A stretch of DNA of 64,000 nt from Balanoglossus misakiensis. Lineage: Eukaryota; Animalia; Hemichordata. The translations under genes were made by a program, and so were the position numbers. This document shows positions 38,201 to 50,200 of this stretch, in pieces. Within the stretch, counting starts at the first letter, position 1, and every line of letters begins with the position of its first letter. Where the stretch lies: the NCBI GenBank assembly GCA_040954595.2, contig CM082594.2, positions 4,263,319 through 4,327,318 of the forward strand, in the 5' to 3' direction. The notes under the pieces are model-generated. The model was given only the letters and a program-made list of their open reading frames with translations, ran no database searches and was not told the origin of the DNA.

Positions 38201-41200
38201 ATTAAAATGAAGACAGTAGAAAAAGACGTTGTCTATGGTTTAAAAGGGATAGCTTGAAATATAGAAAAACGCCGAGGTGTATTAATGTCAGGGTTAACTG
38301 AGCTAGGGAGCTTTCATTGCCGAGGCGGAGTGGGCCAAAAGGATTTGGGTGTATCACCCTTATGCGATCCCTCGCCCCCTCGTTATCATTGAAAACTCCC
38401 TTATTTTAGAAGGGCTGTGAAAACGGAAGGCTCAATTCTCTCAAGAGTATTTGGAAACATTAATTTCAACAGGGACAACTGTGTATTTAGTTAGGAAGCT
38501 TCTGCTTTCGACCCCAACAGCTGGTGCGTAGAGATTAAACAACGTGATCCTCGTGAAGCAAGCTGCTCGTGGAGCTCGGAGTAATATTCACAGGAACATT
38601 AGTGGTGTATAAGTGGTTTGATCTCCAAGGCGACCTTTATGTCACTGCGCGCCTGCTTGGTTCCGCACGCGCATTACGAATCTACAGATGGGTAAATCCA
38701 CGTATGCAAATAATGCAGTGATGTGCACGCATCCCAAACCCTGCCAACATTATTGTGTTGGTCAAGTTTAATAGTCGTACTCTGACTCTGGCAACCCAGC
38801 AATCTCGACGGTAGCAGTGGTGGATTTCAACATTGCGCGTTTCGAGATTTTCCCTCGTGAGACGTTTTAAACCGATACGTCACCAAGGGCTGGTTGCTAT
38901 GTGAACACTGATCCAGCTTTTCCCACTCGCAAGTTTCCACATTGGAAAAGCCCTGGGCATTTCTGAAGGTGGTTTTTCTTCCCTTCCCTCACGAGCAAAT
39001 AGCAGACCATTTGTCCACAGTAAGTTTCTGCTTGCGAGGAGCAAACTTTAATAAATGGGCCATTTCAGCTATGAGTGCTGAGTCGACATATTCATCATGC
39101 ATCTAAAATATACTCGACTCGCGACCCTGTAGTAAAATTCATCTTGACCTTAATAGACGTACATCACGTGTGTTTAACAATGGGTCCCCATTGATCCACA
39201 AAGCAAATACGATGTTTCATTATCACAAACTGAAATCGCCGCCACGTTCAATTTCATTGCAGCAACATCGGCATTTCGCGCTGAATTCCCAGCTACTTAA
39301 ACAATGAATGTTACAGTTCTCCGACGTGGAGAAGAATCTTCATTTTGTTGACTCGGCCAGATCCTTCAGTTACTCTGGGTTTAGCTAAACACAAGCTGAT
39401 AGCATTAAACTGAGTTATATGATAAACCAATTAACGTGATATAGATATCAAGTCTACATTAGCTTTTCCTGCCAACCTCTAAACACAGACTAATTCTACC
39501 ATCTGTAGACTGACCCATCCCCGTGAACCAAGAGCGTGTAGTCGGACAGGTAGACTGTACCAGGTCTATCTGGTCACACCAAACTCATACAGACACCTAT
39601 ACAATAGTAGCGACAGTTGCCACGGAAAGCTGAGATCTAACCAATCACAAATTTTCAGTGAGTGACCACAGTATATAGACACTCATTTTTCGACCAAATA
39701 TGGACAATGCATGTATGTGATTGTATCTTATTGGCAGTTTTGGTACACTGTTGAAAAGTCTGCCAAACACTGAAGGTTTTACAGGGGAGACGGTCAGTAT
39801 GATCCGTGTGACCCAGTTCTGAGTTCAGAGCTGCCCTAATTGGCCTGTCACTAGGGACGCTAGTTTAAATACCAGTTTGTGATAAAATGCGGGCATTACG
39901 TTGTAAATTAAACTGATAGCAAATTCTCACGGCCGATGAATTGTGTGCCATCAATGATTACACAGCCCTGAAACATTCGATCGTGTATAGCTTCATTTTT
40001 GCAGAAGTGGATGGTATACCTGTTGCTATGCTGGCTGATGTGTTGTTACGTAGAAAATGCCTTCAGTCACACGTTTGTATATTTCACACTACTAATCTGA
40101 GGCCAAGGGATGGTAAAACGAATACTTGATGAGTATCGGATAAATCATATTAACACCCCTCCTCACGGGCCAGTTCATTTCGGCAATATTTGGGAAGTTT
40201 TAACACATGGATTAATTTTTCTATGGGGCCAAATGTCAGACAGCCTGCAGTGTTGTCGCTAATGGTGTTTCTATCCACGTGGCATGGCCAAAAGCGCCGG
40301 TGGCCAATCTCAACAGTAGCCCCCAACAATAGACTAGGGCTATATTAAATTCTCAAATATTAACATAAATATTTATACTGTCACTATTTTGCGTGAATTT
40401 GTGATTATTATACTATGAATATACGAAAAATTAAGTGTAATACTAACGCCAATTTTCATTTTTATAGACGAGACACGTTCTTGATAAGTTTGGATGTTCC
40501 TCTTCTACAATCCATCAAACAAATGGTGCAATTGCAGAGTTGTACAATTCGACGGCACTAGTCGTGCCAATAAAACCTGAACTCTACAGGTCATCACATG
40601 ACCCTGTAGCCAATAATGTCATTGTCTAATGATAATTTCTCCCACAAATCTTTCACTATCACGGATACTTTTATGACGGTTCGCCGTCACCTTTCTTCTG
40701 TACACATCGTACTAACCAAGTTATGCTGGTCGAGTTGCCAGAGTGCAACTTTATCCTGGCACCCGTCCAATTGAATCTTTGAATTCAAACACTTCAACGC
40801 GAAACAGCGGGCATTAAATGCCTAAATGACAGAATTAGGCTTAGGCTGGGGCCATATGATAAATCCGCCGACACACACTTCACCGGACTGCCTCGTCTCG
40901 GGCTCCACTGAAACACGTCAACCGTGGCATTTGTTTTTTTTACACGGTCCACGTTACACGTACGTGGAATTCACTGTGTTACGGTCAAGGCCCTGTGACA
41001 TCCCAAGTTCACGGGAGTTCCTTGCATATACGAAATGTATATGATGTCCCGAAAAACCGAAAGAGACAATTCAAAGCGCATGCAAAATGTGTGCAGAAAT
41101 TCTTTCGTGATGACGAGAAGTTTGTCATGTCTCGTCGAACGGTTTTCAGTGGATGTACTGGTATTGTAATGGATGAGTGAGTGAATGAATGGATGAAAGC

Positions 41201-44200
41201 ATGAACGAATGAATGAATGAATGAACGAACGAACAAACGAATGAATGAATGAACGAATGAATGAATGAACGAATGAATGAATGAATGAATGAATGAATGA
41301 ATGAATGAATGAATGAATGAATGAATGAATGAATGAATGAATGAATGAATGAATGAATATCCCTTTCCAGTATAAACTACTGAGGCGACGATATGAGTTT
41401 ACTATGGGTTTGTATTAAAGGCACATAAGCTGTAACTTTTGGGATAATTTTCATTATTTTTGTTTCACACTGAACTACCATTAGTCCATGCAGATGAAGG
41501 CAGTGAACTATACACAAGCATTATAAACCCTAAATATGAGTGCATATGCAAGTTTTAACCAGATAAATAATAAAGCTTTGCCGCAAGCGATTATGGCCGC
41601 CACCGTGGGAAAATGAAAGAAACAATGAAAATGTCGTAAACAAAACATGATCTCATCCACTTGAGCTCATGGAAGTAAATGTACACCACTGAGACATCAG
41701 ATTTTCATTTTTCATTGCAATATTGCACTTTTTTAAAAATTTCAGGAATTTTCGTTTTTCTTTAATTTTTGGCCAATTTGTCATAAATAAGTGTTGAGCT
41801 TGATATATTATCATGAAATAGCATTTAATACATATAATTAAAAGCATATATGAGATTATTTAAAACATTGATTTTTTATCCAGTTGCAGCTTACGTGCCT
41901 TTAAGGCCAATGGAATAGTATAGTAACGGTCGAAGATTAATGTGAACAGAGATTGTTAACTGAAACATAAGTAGTTCAATGTCTGGGTGGGAAACTTTAA
42001 TTGACCGTGACCCGCCATTTATGAGTACTGTATATACACAGTTCACTGTATGTACTATTTGTATGGTTGCGATCTTTCAGACCGTTTCTATATACGAACT
42101 GGTGCACCGTACTTTTGGGGTAACCGATCAGAACGCCTCACTTAGAAACCTCCAAGACGATAATCACATATGCGCCCGAGTTTCTGACACGAACGCGAAT
42201 AATTTAGTGGTGCACTTGAATTGCACAGCAAATCATCTCTGTTGGCGCGTCTAGCTAAACTTGACCCTTTTTAATAATGAAAGCGATAATTTAAAGGCGA
42301 TAATATCCTGTCGGCGAAGCCCGTAAAACTTGTTTCCAGATATGCCAACCACTTGACACAAGGCACGGCGGACACCTTGGAATGCAAACGTGTGCGGCAC
42401 ACCTTGGGTGGGTCAGATTAATCCGCTGTCCAACCTTGCCAGGGAGATTTTATTTGCAGATAAGAAACCGCTGATTAGGATCGGAATTTTCAGACACTAA
42501 ATCAAATTTACCTGCTTGCGTTTTTGTCATTTCGTCCATGGTTGGTTGGGGGGAAATGAAAGTACATCGACAAGTGACCCTAACGAAGTAGCTCTCTACG
42601 CTGCTCTCCAGCGATCAACATGTTTCCGTTAAATGAATCAGTTAAGACATAAAAAACAATAGTGATATGTAAACACTACACCTGTGACTAACGTTCAGTA
42701 TTTGTCAAATTTTATCAATTGGATCAAAATTTTCGGATTACGTCCAAATGGTGACTAATCAAGGCATTGCCGAAATGTTGACTCAACATATTGCCGACAC
42801 CCAGCGGCTGTGATCACAAACCTGAGACGCCCATGCATGCCCCTCCTAAAAAATCCCAATAATTTCGTCAACACTGCCAAAAACAACAGAACGCATTGTT
42901 GTCGATGTTACATATACAGCTGTATTCGCATACTTGTCTGATGTGTGAAACATTTCAAGTGCATACATAGTGCGGTATTCAAAGTTTCGGGGTCATGACC
43001 CCGTAACAGGTTGGCATGTGAACGGCATCGTTTGTGTTCAAACTGTGCAAGGATTATACAACCACAGGACTGGGATATAACATATAGTGACCAGTCAGTA
43101 CAGTGAATGAGCAGTATACTGGCGTTCAAGCATAAGTGACAATCTTGAGCATTATATAATTCATATTTTCTGTCTACCGTAACTCCACAGGTGTTGTGAT
43201 ACGTTTAGTCCTGGCCGATAGAGCTGAAAAATCAAGCTTCATTACTTAGCCAATATATGTTTTCCCATTTAAATAATTATTGAACCTGTGGTCTGTTTGG
43301 CGCGATCGATATCGACGTCGTGATCCTTTGTTTATTTATCGGGACCAAAGGAATTCCCCCGGTATCTGCATCTTGTGTGTACCGTTGATAACCCAGTGTC
43401 CATTGTTCAAGAGTTGGACTTAACTGATATGTATCATTTATTTTACACGTCACATCAGTGGAAATATATCCATCGCTGACCTAACCTCATTCTTCCGGTA
43501 TCCGCGTTTACTCCTGGTTATCTGATTATGTAGGTCAAAGAAAATGCGAACAATGTCTAACAACAGATAATAATTGTTTGGGTAATGTTTTCCCCCAAAC
43601 AAAGACATTATGTGGTTGTGACCCGGGATACTTCCGTGTTCAGATGATTATTTGATACATTGCCCTTTCGTATCGATTGAAATCCGACAATTGTTCAATT
43701 CTTCTCCTATCGCAGAATTTGCCATCAATTTCTTAGCAGATTGCAGATTGCCATGTATATCACACTAACAGCCTGAGTGTCTACGCTTGACTCACATCTG
43801 ACCTTTCGAAAACCCTTTGAAATTCTTATTTCAGTGACTTTGTCATCGACTGATCAGTCTACCTTTGAGGGATACTTCATTCAGGCCGAAACCTTGGATT
43901 TCCAACCGATTAGTGTGACGGGTTTCAGAGAAAATGTCGGCACAACGCAACTCTACAAGTGCAGAGACCAGGAGAACTCTGGTATTGCGTCTGCAGACTC
44001 GGAAACCCCACAGGGACTTAGCAGCGTCGTTGTGACATGGGTAGCGCCTCAGACCGAGGAAATCATTCATTTTGTGTAAGTGTACCATTTTTTTCAGTAA
44101 CTAACGTCCACAAGGTTTCCTGTCATCCTGTGGCAGTGCACAATTATTTGGGAAGGGGGTGTGCCAGATGAAGTAGAGCTTGGTTGACATTGCAATGTGA

Positions 44201-47200
44201 TCCTGCCCAGATGGTCTAACATCAGAGGTGTACGCCACCTGTCCTCCGTTATTGAAATGCTACACCATTTTACTCGACCCATATCTAACATGCATATGCA
44301 CCAGGCCAAAATGCATTCCTACGCACAAATCCTTAAATCAGCACTCAATTCATGGTCAAAAAGATATTAAAAATTGTATCCTGTGAGGACTGCTTGAAGA
44401 TAGCATACCAACATCTATTGTGTTCGAATCACCAACTCCCGACTTTCCTTCCATTGATGTTTCCCAAAACACAATATTAACCGTGAAAATGCGTTATCAA
44501 CACATATTTGTATGATGGGTAATTTTCAAAATTGTACTTTATAGGGCAAACTTTCATGCATGTTTGCAAAACGTAGCCAGTAAAATGGCCCAAAACACTA
44601 CCGTATTAATATCTAGTGGGCCATCATATATGGAGACATAATTTAGTAAAATTTCGGTCAGTGGAAGTACTTAAAATAAGAACACATTTCCTCTCTCCAT
44701 CTCCGCAGTGCCACAGTGGTAAAGACCTGGGACCCACTTGAATATTGGACTGACATCCAGTCGGTTGTCATCATTCCATATCTGGACGTGGATGTGTTTG
44801 GACTGGATGCGGTGAACACCACCGATGGAAATGTTACACCACGTGTGTCGACCACGGACAAAACATCCCCTGGCACTGAGGTATATACTACCGTGTCGTC
44901 GTCATCAGGCAGGCCAGCAACAGAAGAAACAGACGTCAGAAGAGCATCAACAATGAAGATGTCAACAACAGTCAAACCAACAACAGAAGTACCAACCACC
45001 GTTGTCTTAACAACTGAAGAAGTAACCACCACCGTCACAACGACAGCAGAACCAACCATCAGCATCACAACAACAGAAGCACCAACCACGACATTTGAAC
45101 CAACAACCACTGTCACGACACCAGGAGCACCAGTTATAACCACTATCACGACAGCAGAACCAACCACAACCGTCACAACGACAGAAGAACAACCAACCAC
45201 TGTCTTAACATCAGAAGAACCAACCACTGCTGACATAACAACAGCAGAACCAACCACAACCGTCACAACGACAGAAGTACCAACCACCACTGTCTCCACA
45301 TCTGAAGAACCACCAACAACTGTTGTACCAACAACCACTGTCACGACACCAGGAGCACCAGTTATAACCACTATCACGACAGCAGAACCAACCACAACCG
45401 TCACAACGACAGAAGAACAACCAACCACTGTCTTAACATCAGAAGAACCAACCACTGCTGACATAACAACAGCAGAACCAACCACAACCGTCACAACGAC
45501 AGAAGTACCAACCACCACTGTCTCCACATCTGAAGAACCACCAACAACTGTTGTACCAACAACCACTGTCACGACACCAGGAGCACCAGTTATAACCACT
45601 GTCACGACAGCAGAACCAACCACAACAGTCACATCGACAGAAGTACCAACCACCACTGTCTCCACATCTGAAGAACCACCAACAACTGTTGTACCAACAA
45701 CCACTGTCACGACACCAGGAGCACCAGTTATAACCACTGTCACGACAGCAGAACCAACCACAACAGTCACATCGACAGAAGTACCAACCACCACTGTCTC
45801 CACATCTGAAGAACCCCTAACAACTGTTGTACCAACAACCACTGTCACTACACCAGGAGCACCAGTTATAACCACTGTCACGACAACAGAACCAACCACA
45901 ACCGTCACAACGACAGAAGTACCAACCACCACTGTCTCCACATCTGAAGAACCACTAACAACTGTTGTACCAACAACCACTGTCACGACACCAGGAGCAC
46001 CAGTTATAACCACTGTCACGACAACAGAACCAACCACAACCGTCACAACGACAGAAGTACCAACCACCACTGTCTCCACATCTGAAGAACCACCAACCCT
46101 TGTACCAACAACCACTGTCACGACACCAGGAGCACCAGTTATGACCACTGTCACGACAACAGAACCAACCACAACCGTCACAACAACAGAAGTACCAACC
46201 ACCACTGTCTCCACATCTGAAGAACCACCAACCCTTGTACCAACAACCACTGTCACGACACCAGGAGCACCAGTTATGACCACTGTCACGACAACAGAAC
46301 CAACCACAACCGTCACAACGACAGAAGTACCAACCACCACTGTCTCCACATCTGAAGAACCACCAACAACTGATGTACTAACAACCACTGTCACTACACC
46401 TGGAGCACCAGCTATCACCACTGTCACAACACCATCAGCAGTATCTACGTCCACCGTCACAACCAGACAAACGACATCAGAGGGACCAACCACAGCTCAG
46501 ACCACAGCAAGACAAATTACAACAAGGCTATCTACAACTCTTCTTCCCAGTGAGTATAAATTCTTCCATTCATTGTCATTTCACCCGTTATATGCAGCAC
46601 AAACGATCAATCGATCTTTCTTATCTTTTTACAGCAATACCGACTGCGGTCGCATTGCAATTTAAATTGGCCCAATATGCATGGCACGAAGATTATGAGA
46701 ACCCAACGAGTGAACGATATTTGGCGCTGGAACGGGATGTCAAGACTGACGTAAGAGCGCATCTTATTCTCCAGACTACATGGTCTTGGGTCAAAACAAA
46801 TAACCCTAATCTTTCCCTCTGGTATTTTTTGACAACCACTTTCTTTGTAAATGACACATTTACTGTTGGATTTTGCGTGTGGACTTTATAAAGACATAAT
46901 TTATGAATTAATGTGTATGATAAAAATGTGCGCAATTTCAAATTTCAGTTAGACAACTTGTACAAAGATGAACCAAATTATGATAGGACTGAAGTTCTGC
47001 GATTCATGTAAGTTTTGAGCAATTTATCATATCACTTTATGTTCTGAATGTTATTGTATCCGTATAATGGTTAGTAACCCCTGCAAAACTATTTACAACT
47101 ACATTCAAGCAGGAGATGGCTCTATTAAGTCTCAGTTGCAGCATTCAAGTTCAACAGACAAATCGTCAACCAACAAATACATGTAAATGCATACAATGCT

Positions 47201-50200
47201 GAACTTATTAACCAAACACATATAATGGTGTTTGGACCCAATAAATACTATTAAGATTATCAGTGAATTCGAAAAGATTGAGTCAACCCTACCCCTCATT
47301 TATAACATCATGAAAGTTACATCACAGATAGTTACTAAGTTTATTTCAAAATTCGCACTCACAGATCAAATTTTATTTGGACCTTATAAACACCTTGTAT
47401 GTTTTGATTTGCAGTCAGGGAAGCGTCATCCCAGAAGTACAGGTTGTATATACTGAAGACTTGTCTGAATCGGAGCGAAGTCAGTCAGTCGCTTTGTTCT
47501 ATGATTATACAGAAGCCGGCAATACTGTTGCTAATTCTACAGTTGAAGATGTCAAGACACAAAATCAAGATGGTATTGTATTGTATTGTATTGTGTTGTG
47601 TTGTGTTGTGTTGTGTTGTGTTGTGTTGTGTTGTGTTGTGTTGTGTTGTGTTGTGTTGTGTTGTGTTGTATTGTATTGTATTGTATTGTATTGTATTGTA
47701 TTGTATTGTATTGTAGTGTATTGTATTGTATTGTATTGTATTGTATTGTTTTAGATTGTATTGTTTTAGATTGTAATGATATTGCTACATACTTTGCCAA
47801 CATACTTACAACTAGTCCCTGTGGAGTGACTGTGATAAAACAGATGGTGAAAGTCACATGACGATTTTTCAGAACTACAGTCGAACTTGTCAAGAGACTT
47901 TCCTAAACTGGTATTTATGAGCAGGGGACCTATATATACACAGGTCAATTTATGTACGTGTAAAATGCACAGGCACTGTAACAAAGTGGCCAGTGTAATA
48001 TCACCATTCTCATCAGAAGAATCCTTTCACTTGCAGGACAATTCGAGCTGGTCGACGCCTGTGTCCTCCTGCCCTGCCCACCTGGTATGAACTGTCAGGT
48101 TGACGGTGACATCTGCGTGTCCACGTGCGCAAACAATCCAGATTACTGCCTCAATAATGCCACATGCGTGGACCATAATGACGGTCTGATCACATGCGAG
48201 TGAGTAGGAATACGATATAAAGAAAATAGGATATGATAAATTTCATGACGTGGTTTGAGTATTGCTTTTGATTCGAAGACATACTGATTATATTGTGGGG
48301 TACATTAATTGAACGGAAAATGAAGCCATGTTGAACTCGCTAACTTCCCAAGAAATGTTAATTGATGTCAACTTCTCTTTATTTCCTAGTTGTACAAGTT
48401 CTTACGAAGGAGATCGTTGTGAAATACAGAAAGAGGAAAGCACAGGTAAGTTCCTTTCCATAGAGAAAAACAGAAATGTCTCAGTGAGGCTCTTCTGATA
48501 TTATACTGTAGAGATCTTTGGGAATTGGCAGGTTTACCCTGGTAGGCATCTTACATATTCCCATATAGGAGACAACAGATCGATCTAAATTTGGTAAAGT
48601 TTAGCGGAATGATCTCAGAATATATTTTGCTAAACATTATCTTGAAATAACTAATTTGAACTTCTTTTTTTTGCGATGGAAGGTTCAGACAGTACGCAAT
48701 GGGTTGGTATCATGGCTGGAATAGCTATTGGATTAATCGTGATAATCGGCGTCGGCTACCTCATTTACATCACTTGTCGTAGAAATACAAAGGCAATGTA
48801 CAGGTGAGTTCGCAATATCCAAAGATTATGCTAGGCTAGGGAGTCTATATGCAAATAACCTTTTTATATTCAAATGAACCAAGCTCCTTTCAGCCAATGA
48901 TTATATTTTGGCCATCTCTGACAGCCCTCTAACTTTCTTGGTTTTTGAAAAAGGATTAATTTATCCAAACCTTACTGCATTTGGAGTATGGTTTACATCC
49001 AAAACAATGTCTTAAAAACGTAAAGCCAAAAACGGTAACGAGATATTAAGAAAAAAGTGATTGTAGTAGAATGATAGTGAGACACACATTACATGCTACA
49101 TATTCTATGGTCAAAATGTATAATCTGGCAATGAGTCCATGCCCCCTAGTTCACTTTATATTGTGTGGATTATAGTATCTTCCATATCTCATTGACATTG
49201 CACTTTTCATTATACTCCTAAGCATGCTATAAAGTAATGTGAAGAGTTATATACACTTTTGTCATCCAAATTTCTCATGTAATGATATGAAGGGGCACAA
49301 TATCGACACAGCAACTTTTTATTTGAATAGTCAGAAAAATCTGGATCATAATTTTCTGATCCAGAAACGACGTTTACATACAAAGAAATATTACAAAATA
49401 TTATCTCTTCTTATCAGTCGTAAAGAGAAATGTGGATGAAAATAGTTGTAGTATGAATCTCCTAAGTCTAGTTTCTAGCTGTATTTTGTCCGCTTGGCTG
49501 ACAAAATACGGTTAGATACTAGTCTAAGATTAGAATCCCCTATATAGTGTAGTGAACTAGATGTAGAATGTTGCATTCATTGTGGTTGCGGCTCCATAGT
49601 ATAGTAGACCCAGTGATGCATATATGTTTTGGACCCTGTTTATAAGCCGAGTGCACTGTTTAATTAATTAGTATATTAATTAATTAGTATATAAGATTTT
49701 AACATTCTTTCATACCCTTAGCATACAGAGGCATGCACGAATTTTAGTCCCTTTAGGCAAAAGCAGATAATTTTAATTTTCACCTCACCCAATTACTGCT
49801 TATTTATCACATGTATAAATTCACCACGCTTTTAGAGAGAAAAACAACAACTTTTTTGTCCTTGAAGTTTTTCAGCAACTAGCACATTCAATATTGTTCA
49901 GATTTGAGTGTCTGATTTGAGTTCTTCAACAGTGCAGCAAAAACGGTTCTAGGATAGTTTCCCTCCGGACATATAATACTCGCCATACACTTACCCCAAC
50001 TCTATCCCTATAGACATATTTGGTAGGTGGGGGTAATTCATGGTCGATTACATGTCCAAGGGTAAAAAGCAATGAACATATATCAGTGATATGCTGAACA
50101 TTTGAAAGAACTTTAATTGAACACATTTATAGAATGATCGATATCTGAATATTCATATGACATAAAATAAGCACCATCACATTTAAACAAAATACAAAAA

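Noticed and set aside
45100-46430. Regular repeat array as possible CRISPR
   Set aside because: No unique spacers, unit lengths are multiples of 3, it lies in a spliced eukaryotic exon, and there are no cas genes.
44658-46493. 611-aa Val-rich minus-strand ORF
   Set aside because: Antisense of the Thr-codon mucin repeats, which lack stops on that strand.
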